A stretch of DNA of 64,000 bases from Haplodiscus bocki (GCA_965655095.1 OZ296657.1:7688001-7752000); one strand, 5' to 3'. Counted from the stretch's first letter, positions 39,171-52,372 are shown. A program made the numbers and translations. The notes: generated from the sequence alone by a model not told the origin.

Positions 39171-40478
39171 TACATGTTTTTTCAAGAGATTTCCACAATT
39201 TCGCGGGGTTTTTGATTGTTTTTTTTGCAAAATTTTAATTAGTTTTGTCTGCGAAACTTTCCAAGTTTCCGGGGCTACTATTTATATTTATTGCTCAGTT
39301 GTTAATCTTCGATACATTGCAAAATCCGAAACAAATTCGTCAAACTGAGAAAATTTTTGAATGCAGAAAATTTTTCGGCAACAACAATAGCTCAGGCACC
39401 AATTGAAAAAAAATTATGATCGAAAATTTTTGTTGCATCATTTGGTTTTCCAGAACAAATAACGCAGATGATTGTTCTTTTGGGACCACTTTTTTTAGCG
39501 GAATGTGCCAAATGGAATCTAATGATTGGCTGATTTTTAAGATGAAAATTTTCCCACTAAAAACTCAATAATTGGGAATTTTTTGTTAATCGATTATATT
39601 AATAGAATATGATGGATCATATTACTGGCTTGTATGTACATGGTTTTAATTGTGATAATGTTCATACGCTTGAAAAGCCCCGATTTGAGTTCTTGTTGTT
39701 ATACTCCCTCGTGCTGAAATGTACAATGAGGGCTTCTGTGAGCTAAAATGGTTCCGCAATCAAAAACAATGACCAAGTCATATATGTGACAAAAAATGCA
39801 AAATTGGGAAAATGTGCACTATGGTGCTTTGTACAAAGTTTGCCAACGCAAAAACTACCGGCGCGAGTCACTCTGCTGTAGTATGGGCTCAACGGACGCG
39901 AGACTGGGACAAAACAGCCGATTTTGAAAACGGGACAAAATCGCCGATTTTGATTATGAGACGATTTATAATAACAGAGATCGCTAGTCTCTGCAAAGAT
40001 GAAAGTTGTTCCAGATAAAAGCGTATTGGCCTAATTACGGATAATTAGCAATTGAATTAACATTATACGAAAGAAATGCTTCAACTCCAGAATACCAAAC
40101 CCAAAATAACCAAGCCAAAAATACACGAAGTCAAAAATTTTTTTGAGCAAAATTTGACTTTTTTTAAAAAACCAAGTTTAAAATTCTGGACAGCTAGGAA
40201 CAGAAAACTATGAAAATTGATAATCTCAATATCTGCAAAACTAAATTTTGTGCCACTTAATGAAATGGCAATAAAACTGAGAAGCTATTACGAAAAACAT
40301 CATAATTTAGGCTTTGCGCTATATAATTCTGTGATTTTTCTTGATACCCAATTGCATGAACCTAAAATATCCGGAAAGACCATCTCTGAATATTTTGGTT
40401 AAGGCGTTTTAGTTTTTCAGGAGAAAGGTCACTAATTCAGAGAAGTTCGGAACACAAAAAATAAGGGGTGGGTACTAC

Positions 40479-40857
40479 TGAAAAGCTGTAATTTCTTCGG
40501 CTTTCTACAGCTCGTTTTGAAGAGACGGTTTTTGAACATTATTTATTTCCGTCAGTTTTTGCACTCGGTTCTGCCCCGAACAACGCTTCATTCAACACAA
40601 CGAAATCAGCCAACTGCCAAAAGTACAATGATACATTTATCAATAATTGTAAGCAATAAATTCGAATCGATAGCAAGACTTTTTCAAGGTTAAAAGATCG
40701 AATATCTGATGTTATTCGAGATATTAGAAAAAAGACGAGATTTCGTCTTTAGCGGGATTCGAACCTCGGACCTTGGAATCTCAGGCCGAAACGCTACCTC
40801 TACAGCATCCATCCTTGGTAAAATAAATATTTTTCTGATAATTATTGTTTCGCAACA
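40479..40857 (-). repeat. 3' LTR of the BEL/Pao element (379 bp)
   Basis: Direct repeat of 49950-50329, roughly 70-80% identical by eye. Preceded on the minus strand by the PPT-like GGGCCCGGAGGA (40858-40869). Confidence 0.9.
40725..40815 (-). ncRNA. tRNA-like Pol III cassette in the 3' LTR
   Basis: GGATGCTGTAGAGGTAGCG...CTGAGATTCCAAGGTCCGA-GGTTCGAATCC (B box 40755-40765), then a hairpin AAAGACGA-AATC-TCGTCTTT running into TTTTTT. Confidence 0.55.
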
Positions 40858-41049
40858 TCCTCCGGGCCCAAGAAAATAGCGAAAAATCAGAAAATTAACA
40901 AAAGAATTTAGGGTTTTCTGATAGCTTTTCCAATATAAATTACATGAGCAGAAGGGTTAGATAAAGAGTTTTTTAAAATACGGCGGCAAAAGGTCAACGA
41001 AACAATTCCAAGAGCTATCGGGGGATGATAGAAAAGATTGAATTTTACA

Positions 41050-44000
41050 ATCGGACGTATCAGTTTTCCCGTCATTGTCCCAACTTCGGCGAATCTAGCA
41101 ATAGCCTCAGTACCGTAGTTTATTTCAACAACACGTGGAAGTGGGTAGTAGTATCCTTTGGGACTAGTAGCTTCCGCAATCTATTCTAGATCACCAGTTT
41201 TGAGGTCTCGGTCTGCCAAAGAAGACCATTTCGATCGGCGGTTCACAGTTGGAACGTACTTTCTCAACCATCGAGTCCAGATGGCGCCAGGATACGCTTG
41301 CTCACGCGCGTAACGTCTTTTGTCGTCAAAGCTGCTACTCAAAGTTGATGGTAAACCTGAGCCGGCAGCTCCTAGAAGGAAGTGGTTTGGAGTCCAGATA
41401 TCGAAGTCAGTCGCAGCGGCAATTGCTGGAACTAGCGGGAAAGCGCTCAAACTTTGTTCAAATAGACAGAATGTAGTCGTTAGAAATTCATCGGTCAGTC
41501 TTCTATTTCCGATTATGGCGTGGAAAACATGCTTGAAAGTTCTCACCAATCCTTCCCTATCACCTCCGTAGTGTGGCGAACTCGGTTGATTGAATTTCCA
41601 CTTGATACATTTTTTACCAGAGTTTCAGTCAAAACTTGCTGATTCCAATTGAGGATGTTGTTCAACAATTCCCTTTGACTGGCAGTAAAGTTTGTCCCGT
41701 TTTCGGACCAGATAACGAGTGGAACGCCTCGCCTGGATACAAACATTTCAATACCCATCACACAACTATTGATGTCCATTGAGGGCACTACTTCAAAATG
41801 GACTGCGCGAGTAGTTAAGCAACTTCAGTTGAACGTTCCACTGACACATAGAACGGGCCAAAGTAGTCGAGTCCAGGTAACCGGAAGCCAGGCGCTCTTT
41901 CGGGAGATCAACCATCATCGAATGGAGTGTTACAGCTTTGCGCTTGCGGCAAGTGAGGCACTTAGAGTGGATTGACCTCAATGTAGGCCTAAGTTTCACA
42001 ATGGCAAATCTTTTTTGACTTAGGGCTCTCAGATACTCAACACTTTGGTGGCAGTGCTTTATATGTAAGTATTGCAAGTGTAGATGCACTAAAGGATGAC
42101 GACTGTAAAGCAGAATAGGATGCTTCACGTCAAAAGTTGCGAGTTCCAACTGCTGAATACGTCCGGTTGTACGAAGCATTTGATTAGGCCCAATGAAAGG
42201 AAAAAACGTCATCAATACTCTAGCCTTGCTGATGGGGGACAATGTTAGCAAGTTCCTTTTCTCGGCAGGAAAGGATTCGGTTTGTACAAGAAGGAACAAT
42301 CTGCGTTCAGTTTCTAAGATTTCGTCCGGGTTGGTTGTAGACTCACTAGTGGTTCGGTAACCACTGAATTTCGGCAAAATACGTAACATATACGCCACAA
42401 TGCGCAAAAGTTTCTCGTAAGAGCTGTACTTTTCCCACTAGAAAGTTGATGCCTTGATGGTGACATGTGCCGTAAGCGTTCTCATCTCATGGGTCTCGTT
42501 CTTCATCAATTCAGTTCCGGGTGCAAATTTTCTTGATTTCATCTTCGTAATCACGTCAGAAAGAGGGATAAATGGCCAGTTAGGACTTCTCAAAAAGTCA
42601 AGACCTTTCAACCAGCTCCTTTCGAGCAGAGCAGTGGCACACAATCCTCGAGTGCCAACGTCTGCAGGGTTATCATCCGTCGGTACATGATTCAATTTGT
42701 CATCTCTGATCAGTTCCAAAAATGCAGCAACACAGTTTGCAACAAAAACAGGCTGTTTTTCAAGCGAGTGCATCCAATGTAGTACGAACGTTTTGTCAGT
42801 CCACATGAAACATCTTTTGATATTTAGTGAAAATGAACGTTGCACTTCCTGTCGCAATCAAGGTGCTAGGAAAGCAGCTTGTAACTCCAAATTCGGAATT
42901 ATTAGACATTTCATGAGAGCGACGCCCGCTTTGCCGAAGACGAAGGTTAACTTGGTTGCTTCCGTCGCTTTGGTTACAAATTTGCCTCAAAGAAAAACTA
43001 CAGCACTAAAGATGTGTTGCATGTTGTCTCCGAACAATCTTTTTTCCAGTTTTTCCACGATTTTTTCGAAGTAGCTTCTCAGAGTTGCATTTTCTTTCAG
43101 CAGCTGTAGTTCTCTACTTCATTCCAGGAACTGGGTAACAATGGTGTCCAGTAAGTCATCGTGTTATTTTTGTCCGTTTAATCTCCAGAGGTCCTGCAGC
43201 AGGAGACGGCACTTCACGGTGTATGGAGCAACAAGGTCGATGAGGTCGTACACTCACGATACAATACTGAGGACTACTCGCTGGGTAATGGCTGTGTTCA
43301 AGTCTCAACTTGTACCGCCAATTACAACTAAAGTGTAAGCTCGATGATTCAACCTTAGGCCCAAGACATGGAACGAGTCTGCAACGCTCGGTAGAACTTT
43401 AATGTAATTTTGTGATGATTTGCGGCCATGTTGGAATTGAGATGAAACGCTTTAAACATTTGTCACAAAATTTGTTAGTATAAAACCGCCAACAGTGAGC
43501 AGTTTCACGAGAACTTGGGTTATTCGTGTTGCGTGGTCAACAGTCTGACTTGACTCTAAATAGTCATCCATGTAAAAGTTTTTCCGGACACTTTCTGACG
43601 CTTCTCGAAACTCACTCTGGTTGTCTGTGGCAGTTCGTTGAAGAGCGTATTAGCAGAAGTTGGCGAATCTTTGGATCCAAAACTGTGGCGAATGTACTGC
43701 AACAATGCAACCTCGGTGCAACCTGCCACAGAAAAACGGAGAGACGGTCGGTCTTTTAAAATGACTCCCACATGAAGAAACATTCCTTCATTGTCAACAG
43801 AAACTGAATACGGGTGTTGTGGAAACAGAGTAGCACGTGGATGAAAGTTTGTAGCAAGTCAGGCCCAGTTAGAAGTGCATTATTCAGCGAATGGCCATGA
43901 AGCATAGCAGCGCCGTTGAGGACTGGTCGTACCTTGCCGGGTCTGTGCGTGTGAATTACTGGTGGTAAGGTAAGTAGCACTCACGGGGTTGGTCGGCCTT

Positions 44001-44830
44001 AAAAAAAGTACTTTTTGACTTTGATGATGTAACCTTTTGAAAGATCTTCACGGATGGTCGTAGAATACTGCTCCTTCAAAATCGCATCCTTCTCAGGACG
44101 GCGTTCAAGGGATTTGAGTTGAACTAATGCCGAAAAAAAATTGTTCGGTAAACTAATTTGGTCAATAGCCCAGAACATACCAACGTGATGTCGGGAACCA
44201 TCTTGGTATGTGGTTTCTTGAAAGATCTTCTCTGCTCGCGCATCGACTGCAGAGCGTGGGTCGACTTGTTCATAGGCCTTGTGGGACTCGATGTCATACC
44301 AGGAACGAATTTGGTTTTCTCTTTGAGTAACAGCTTTGAAGCATGTTGAGAATAGACCCGAGGTCGAGGGCTGTGGAACAATCAATACCCAAACAAAAAG
44401 TAAACGGACGGCTCTTGGAGTATTCCTTCAATCAGTTTCGAAATACGCAAATGGGCGGATACAGTGGAACATACCCTGACCAAGTATCAACTCTACATCT
44501 CCTTAACTGTACTTCTTCACATCTTTAGAGGAAACGGTTTTAAGTGCGGATAATGGACTTGTAATGATTCGATATCAATTACTTCAGTTCCAACGTTTAG
44601 GCCTTTCGTAACATACCGCTTGAGCACAAAAGCCGGACAAGAGCCACCCGAAAGAATCGGTGTCAACTTCAAATCGACAAATTGCGTGTCAATGTTTTGA
44701 TGTGAGTTGATCCCGTGAACTGTAAGTTTCAAAGATATGCCTTACACGTTCAATTTTCTAGCCAGTTTTCGGTTTTCCTCGGGTTACTGCATGCAGAATC
44801 AAGAGGAAAAGCACTTTCTCAGTGTGAAAA
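41050..44830 (-). pseudogene. BEL/Pao pol (protease, RT, RNase H, integrase, C-terminal domain), with many frameshifts
   Basis: LDSACS protease site ~44790; KVRPVLNGAA, LNNALLTGPDLLQ, FGSKDSP and FYMDDYL (~43570); FVAN..DNPADVGTRG..WLKGLDFL; HCH..CLTCRK; IWSENGTNF; TPNHFLLG..WTRWLRKYVP..RRSKW. Confidence 0.92.
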
Positions 44831-44949
44831 GATGATTGCAAAAAAACTTCAGTTATCTGCATTAAGACCTTAAAAACCGTCACAGACGGCATGCCGGGAC
44901 TCTCGTTTGCTTTTTTTGTAACAACAGTTACCTTGCTTGGCGTAGTTAC

Positions 44950-47900
44950 CTTGTTTTTGTCAGTCTTTTCGAGGCGTTATTGTGGAAAATTTCTTTCGGA
45001 GCCATTGAGAGGAGTATTGTGAGTGCTTGCGCATCCTTGCTTCAAGCACTGTCGCGGTTTTGGGCCCCTGCGGAACGAATGTTGCCGATTCAAGCGTATA
45101 AAAGAAAGTTTGTTGTGTGCAACCAATTTAGTCCGTTGGGTCGGCGTCTTTTCGTGGAACAATGGACAACGCAATGAGGGGTGTTTTTCTTTACAAGCAA
45201 TACAACTAGTGGGTTGATTGTCGGTTTTGTCTCCCAATGACAGTGGTTAACTGGAGCTGGTGGACGCAAAAAATTTGGTTCAGGTCTTCGTTCTAGTGAA
45301 TTTAGAAGGTGGGTTGCTACCTTCGGTTTTCGGGTATGCTGAGGATAAATTCATTCTCTCGTGTGCACTTGCTTAGTCCTACAGCCAGTCATTGACTTCA
45401 AGTAAATGTCGGAAGATCCCAGTTCTTCTTCAACGTATACATAGACCAGGCTCCTTTCAAATTTCATGGCAGCTTCTGTATTCATTGGACTAAGACCAAT
45501 GCACTGGAAACATCTTGATGGCTGTGCAATGACCGAAAAACTCCTACCAAAGCAGAGATTCTCGCGGAACACCTGAGCACACTTCCACTATTACACATTT
45601 TTAGTGACGGTAAATTGCTGAGTTTATCCCAGTAAGCACTCACTACTGCCTGTGGCTGCCGAAACTTCCACTCTAACGTCTTTAAAGCGTCCTTGTACAT
45701 AGTTCCGCAGTAAGCAAACTCTCCATTCGCCGTCTTTGCCTTGCCAGTCATTAGAGTCTTCAAGTACCTCAATTTAAAAACGTCTGTTCTTGGAGCTCTG
45801 TCAATGGTACTCTTAAACTGACCGAATCACTTGTGCCATTGTAAAGGGTCTCCGTTGTTTTGCCCCAGTTTCCACTCAGATAGGTGGTCTTTTCTTGAGG
45901 TCTTTCCAGTAGTTGAGCTAAATCTTGTACCATGAAAGCAGTAGGTTCCATTCGAGGCGTTGCAATAGACCCCGTAGGTACAACTCTGGGTCTTGCAACG
46001 GTTACCGGAGCTGTTGATGAATTTTTAATTGGCATATCGCCTCCTACAAGGTTTTGTCCCGAGAATGGATTCAAGTAGTAAACAGTATCACCATTTGTTA
46101 CGGGAACTAATTGTTGAACAAGAGCGTTTTGGTCATCAGTGCTTGGTACTCTTGTAAGGCCTTGCAGAGCCGACTACGATATGGCAACACCCGGTTGTTG
46201 GAAAAATCCATACTGACAGATTCAGTAAAACATGATTAGCTGGCACAGTTAAAATTGAGTTTGGTTTCGAAGTGGCTACGTTTTGAGCCATCAATGACAC
46301 AGAATCATGATTTGATGGATCTGGTCGCGATTGAGTGACATTCGGTTGAACGCAGTTTTGTGCATGGTTAATTGAGGTCTGATTCAAATGAGTCGCAGTA
46401 GGAACACTAACGAAAGGCTAGGTGGTGTTAGGTCTACCTATTTCAGTCGTAACATCGCAAGGAACCCCCACTAGAGACCCTGAGTGGGTTTCCTTCTCTA
46501 CTCTGGACTCCTGCACCTGAGGTTGAAATGCGACTTCGGTTGAGGCGTTAGAGACCCAGTTAATCAATCTTATTGATTTTACACTTTGACTGTGAGCACT
46601 GCGTTCCGATAATGCATTTTCAGGGGTTGGTTGGCTTCTAAGACATCTTCTTTTAGTTCTAATTCAGTCAATGTTGCTTCCGCCAGCCTCCTTCTATTAT
46701 TTTCCTCCAGTTCAGCAAGCCTCGATGCTTGTTCTCTCTTCAATCGCTCTTCTTCTTGGTTGAGCCACTGGAGGTAAAATTCTTGCTTCTGTTGAGTTCA
46801 ATCTCTCAATTTCTCCGCATCGGTGTTTTGCAATGAAAAGTTTTCGTTGTCGCTGCCTGGATGTCTTGGAAATTCATTAAGTGGACGTATTGGAAGTCTG
46901 AGAAGCAGACTTGGCTTTCGGAGCGGTTCTAGTGGAAAACTCTGAAGTCTTTTCCGTTTCAAGAAGGCCATCAAAATATACACGAGCCTTTTCCAAAATT
47001 TCGTCGTTATCCACAGTCACGTCGCTCAACCAGTTTTGCAAGTCACTTTTCAATGCTTCGGGTTTTGTGGTCTTTTTTTGCGATAGAGTAGAGTTTTTGG
47101 TGTCTATCAAATGTTTTGGTCACTGTTGGTTTTGGTTGCGGTTGAGTGGCATTTGGTTGAACGGAGTATTGGGCAAGGTTTAATCATGGCTGATTCGAAC
47201 TAGTCAGATTAGGAACACTAACGAAGGGCGAAGTAGCATTACGTCCTCCAAATTCAGTCGCAATGTCGAAAGGAACCTCCGTTAGAGACTCTGTGCGAGT
47301 CCCCTTCCTAGTCTGGAGTCCTGCACCTGAAACTGATTTGCAACTTCGATTGAAGCGTCAAAGAACCAGTTAGTCAATTTTACAGATTTAACACTTTCAC
47401 TATGCAAACTAAGTTAAGACAATGTCTCTCGCAGGGATCAGTTGAATTTTGAGACATCTTCAAATAGTTTTATTTCAGTCAGTGTGGCTTATGCCAGTCT
47501 CCTTCTACTATTTTCCTCCAGTTCAGCAAGCATCAGTGCTTGTTCTTTTCGCAGTCGCTCTTCTTCTTGCTTGAGCCGCTGGAGGTCAAGTTCTTACTTC
47601 TGTTGAGTCAGACGCAACATACTTTCGTTCTGTTGTTCAATCTCTTCGCGTCGGTGTTTTGCAAGGAGAAGTTCCCGTTGTCGCTGGCTGGATGTCTTAG
47701 AAATTCAGGGAGTGGACGTATCGAAAGTCCTAGAAGCATACTTGGCTTTAGGAGCGGTTTTCAACGGAAGATTGGGAAGTTTTCTTGTTTCAGGAAAACC
47801 ATCGGTATACTCAAGAGCCCTTTTCAAAACGTCGTTGACTTCCAGAGTCACGTTGCTCAACCAGCTCTCCAAATGACTTTTCAATGCTTCGGGGCTGTAG

Positions 47901-48110
47901 TTTCATCTGCAAAAGAGTACAGTTGTTCGTTTTTCGCAACTGATTTGGTCATTGCTTCTTCACAAAATCTAACCAAACTTTCAACGCGTGCCTTTCTTTC
48001 TGCGATATATACAGCTTCTATTAAGTGCCGGTGGTACATTTTAGCTCTGCCTCCGCTTTAGCACGTTTTCATAATGTTTTTTCACCTATTTTGTGTTGTG
48101 AATCAGCCAT
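44950..48110 (-). pseudogene. BEL/Pao gag with an internal tandem duplication
   Basis: YLKTLMTGKAK..YKDALKTLEWKFRQP (DUF1759-like) and degenerate triple knuckle CIACKEKH..CPLF..H..C..GCASTHNTPL. Segment ~46385-47110 is repeated at ~47195-47930. Confidence 0.85.
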
Positions 48111-49932
48111 TGTCAAACTAAGCGTCAGTTTTTTTGATAGTTTAAGAACTGTTTCAATGTTAATTTAAGGTGCCAAGACAAATAGAGGACGGGAAATTCG
48201 TTCGTTCTTTATTTTTTTTTCAAAATAGTGACGAGCTGTCAGGGGGTTTTTGAAGACGGCGTTAAGTAAACAGAATGTGTTCCAAGGCTTTAAAACTTCA
48301 GTCAGTCAACGAAGTCCGGACACCATCACTAAAGTGAACTGAAAGTGGAGGGGGATGACTTTTCGAGGTATCAACCTGACAACGAAGTCTGGACCCAACC
48401 GTGAAAAGGTGGGTGAAACTGTTGAGAAGAGAAGCAGTCAATTAAACCTGGACGCAAACGCAACAGCGTATAAAAGGCGGGGATTTAGCAAAGCGAAGAA
48501 GTGGCGGTTGTCTTTTTTTGACCGCTTCTATCATGCTTACTATGTCGTTTCTGTCGGCTTTCAGCGGTAATTGGAGAAAGATCACTTTCCTTCAGCAAGA
48601 TAAAATCAATGTTCTTCAATTCAATCTCAGGGCTCTGCTGTAATGCCTTCAACTGGTTCAAAAGACCAGGATTTTTTTTGCTTTCTAACGGAAAGAAAAT
48701 CTTTTACATTGCTGATCACTTGAATTGAATTGTTCTTCTTCCAATTCTTTAAGTCAATCAGAAATATCGGGCGTACGGTCAAGCTTGCAAAACAAAAGAG
48801 CACTGAGCTTGTTTTGAAGAGTTTTTAATACTTTTATCAGTTCCGGTACCAATAGGGGTCTGTAATTCTTACGTTTATGTGTACAAATGCTAGTATTTAA
48901 CACATCCTGTCAGAAAACAATCTCGGTCTTACTTTTCAGGTCTTTCGAAAGTATTTTTTGCAGATCTTTTCTCGGATTTTCCGTGTAAAGATTAGGACTT
49001 TAGAATAAACTTTATCTTGGTACTTTGATTGTTGTTCAGAGCTTAGCACATCTATCGCGTGATGAACAGAACTTGCGGCTAAGATGTACACCATGCAAAC
49101 TTTCCAAATATTTTTCAACGGTTTTAGCGCAAAGCGTCTGTTATATGAAATTTCGGTGCTTTGGAGTAAACAATGGCATACTGAAAAAATATGACGGCGT
49201 GGGAAAACAAAACGCGTTGTTTTCGGAAAGATTTTCAAAAAAGTTTTTGAATGTCTTGCTATCGAAAAATTAAAATTTAGGACGCCAAAAACTTAAAGTT
49301 CAAGTTTCATCAAACCGGTACTGCTCTTGTTTTTTCGCTTCTTCACTTCTTCACTTGCCGGAGTTGTTTTGATAAATCTCTCTTCTGGTATCCGACTCGT
49401 GTTTCCCCGAACCTTGTTCTGGGGTTGCTTCCTTCATCATCACTGGGGTTGCGACACCTCCTGTATCCCAATGTCGACTAGAATTAGTTTCGAATATACT
49501 GGACGATTGATGCATCACTTTCTTCAACAACTTGTCTTTTTCTGATAATTGTTGTATCTTACTTCCAACCGAGAGTGTATGAAATACAATTTAAATAAGG
49601 AACCAAATAATAAACGACAGACAGATTCTCAAATTTAGTCCTCCTTCTTATCAAACAAGTTTCGAGCATCAAATCCGTTCCATCCCATAGAAAAGCCCAT
49701 CTTTAACTGCTGCAGTGACTCAACGAGCACAAAGAACTATAGGTTGAATTATATCTTCGCAATATGAAAAATAACAATTGATAATCACAAGATGATAAAC
49801 GACAAAATTTGTTCAAAACTCAAAAAAACCTTCCCCGTTTGTAATTCGATCATCAAAGTTTAAAGCCCGGAAGACTCGAATTTGCGTTCATATCTGGTCA
49901 CTTGAGATTTTCTTCAGTTCAGTAGCATCGAA

Positions 49933-49949
49933 CTTCTCTATAACCACCA
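49933..49949 (-). promoter_or_regulatory. Primer binding site
   Basis: TGGTGGTTATAGAGAAG directly follows the 5' LTR terminal CA on the minus strand; primer tRNA not identified. Confidence 0.7.
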
Positions 49950-50329
49950 TGAAAAGCTGTAAATTCTTCGGCTTTTTCAGCGCGTTTTGAAGAGATGGTT
50001 TTTGAATCTTTTTTATTTCGGTGTGTATTTCTATTCGGTTCTGCCCCGAATAACGTTTTAGTCGATACATCAAAATCAGCCAATTGGCAAAAGTACAATG
50101 ATTTATTTGTCACTATTTGTGAACATTTTTTTTCGAATCGATACCAAGACTTTTTCAAAGTTATTATCTCGAAAATTTAAGGTTATCTGAGATATCAGGA
50201 AAAAGAAAAAATTATGACTTTTGGCGGCATTCGAACCTCCTACCTTGGAATCTCAGCACGATACTCTACCTCTAGACCATCCCCTCTCGATAAAGAACAT
50301 AGATTGCTGATATTTATTGCTTTGCAACA
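49950..50329 (-). repeat. 5' LTR of the BEL/Pao element (380 bp)
   Basis: TGTTGC...TTTTCA on the minus strand, followed by the PBS and flanked by ACTAC. Confidence 0.9.
50198..50287 (-). ncRNA. tRNA-like Pol III cassette in the 5' LTR
   Basis: A box TGGTCTAGAGG, core CTGAGATTCCAAGGT, B box GGTTCGAATGC starting 42 nt after the A-box start, then TTTTTT and TTTTT runs. Confidence 0.55.
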
Positions 50330-52372
50330 ACTACAAAGTTAGGTTAATGGAAGCGAGGGTTCTGATAAAATCTTTGGTGCTGGCATTTCGAAAATTTTTA
50401 GTTTCTAATAGTACTTGGTGATATAATTGCTAATTATCTATAATTACGCCAGGTCGCTTTTATCTGAGAAACAATTTTGAAGGCAGTTTGTTCTCTTATA
50501 CAAAATCGGAAGTTTTGACCTATTTTAAAATCGGCGCTTATGTCTCATTTTCAAAATCGGCTCTTTTATCTCATTTTCAAAATCGGCGGTTTTGTCCCGT
50601 TTCCAAAATCGGCCGTTTTGTCTCATTTAAAATCGGCTGTTTTGTCCTGCCCCGGGCTCAACTACAAGCTTGGTGAAGCACAGGCAGCTAACTAGCTTCT
50701 GAATCATTCAGCTATTTATCCGGATGAAACTAATGGCCACGTGCAGTTCGACAGCAACCACTGTTAATTTTTCTCACGCAATAGGAAAAACGAATTTCTG
50801 AAAACCACTTAAACTGCTCGAACTTCAGGATAGAATTTGTTTTTTGAACATTTGCGAGATTAGTTAGTTAGCCCAATACGTCTTTTAGCCTCCAAGAATA
50901 CTCCTCTAAGTTCAAGTGATAATCCAGTGGCACCCCAGAGCAAAATGCGGACCATATTGTCGCTGCCAGTAGGTTTACAAGGTTTGGAATGCTCAGAAAA
51001 AACCGAAAATAAAAAAAATCGATTATTCCAACATTTTTGTTTTTCGCATGTATTCAATCAAGCGGACAGTTCGGTAGGAAACTGTATTGAAATTTATTAT
51101 GTATTGAATGGTATTGAAATAAATTGAAGTCTTGCTTCATTTCTCCACGGAGTAATTACGATTGCCTACCGAAACAAACAAATCAAGCATTCTGGTAGCT
51201 TTGACCTAGAAAAGAAAGCCGCAACACAATATTTTTGACTTTTTCGCTAATGTGTTTGCCTAGATGCCCGCGAAAGAAAACGAGCAGAACCTTTCTGGAA
51301 ACACGCCATTGAGTGTTCATTACCTGAGAGTCAATCAACCCAAGAGTCAAATCATCCAAGGAATTTATACGCATTAACTGTAATACAATTGACAAAATTC
51401 TTGATTTTTTTGGCAAAGTCCGGGCATTTTTTCAACAACTGGGGCAGCAACAAGCAATGATTAAAGTTCAATTCTACTTTTTTTCCATACATAATTTGGG
51501 ACATGGTCGCGTGCGACCTTGCAGTACATGTTTTTTCTCCAAACTAGAGCGCTCCTACCAAATCGTTCTGAGATATAACGCTCGAAAGTTACGAAACACT
51601 GAGGGCTGTCAGAAATCTGGGGCAACAACAGCAAGAAAAATTTAAAAGACATTTGCTTGTTCCAAATTTCCATGTTAAAATAGGCATCGCTTTGCTTGCC
51701 TAAACATAAGCGCAGAGAACTTCGCTAAAAGCTTCGAGTGACGTCTTCAATATCGCGAGCCGTCAGAAAACCACACTCTGTCAGTGATTGAGCAGACTGC
51801 GTTACACCAAAGGAGTAATGACGAGAACAAAAATCAGAAATAAAGTCAAATTTACCTGGTTGACCACTCCGAAATCGCCAACCCTTAGCCATCGGTGATA
51901 TTCTATAAAAAAGAGGTACCTTATTCTTATTAAGTAGGCCAAGTATTATTCAAAAGTGAGAAAAATAACCAAAGGGATGAGTACCAATTTTAGGATATTT
52001 GGAAATATATTTATTTGTTGAGGCAACCGTGATGTTTTCGTTGTTTTGATTAGTAACTCCAGACTTTCATTTGGACAGCTGCAAAGGTATTGACTTCAGA
52101 ATTGAAAGATGAGAAGACTAGAATTCATCGCCAGCAGATGGATCTCGAAGAATTCAGATGAAAAATCCCAAGTCATTGACGTGAAATGACTAACAAAAAC
52201 TAGTTCCCCAACAAATTTTTGTGTTCTTTTCTACATAAATCAGTCAGTATTTTTTCTTAAATTCAGATTTCAAAAAACTGCACACATTTAACAACATGTA
52301 TCGATGATGTTCTTTTTTTGCAAAAAATGCCTGTTTTTTTATCGGCAATTTCAGCTCCTGCCAATACATGTT

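Larger units (their letters stand above)
40479..50329 (-). mobile_element. Full-length decayed BEL/Pao LTR retrotransposon (9851 bp)
   Basis: Two TG...CA LTRs, 5-bp duplication ACTAC (40474-40478 and 50330-50334), PBS, PPT and BEL-type gag-PR-RT-RH-IN remnants. Confidence 0.95.
39894..50653. mobile_element. Mutator/Foldback-like non-autonomous element (~0.9 kb) split by the BEL/Pao insertion
   Basis: 9-bp direct repeat GGGCTCAAC at 39885-39893 and 50654-50662. Inverted ends GGACAAAACAGCCGATTTT / AAAATCGGCTGTTTTGTCC made of ~24-bp tandem subunits. Confidence 0.8.

Noticed and set aside
40745-40815. Functional tRNA gene
   Set aside because: T-stem and acceptor stem do not pair; kept only as a tRNA-like Pol III cassette.
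47540-48061. 173-aa plus-strand ORF inside the BEL element
   Set aside because: Antisense shadow of the gag coiled-coil region.
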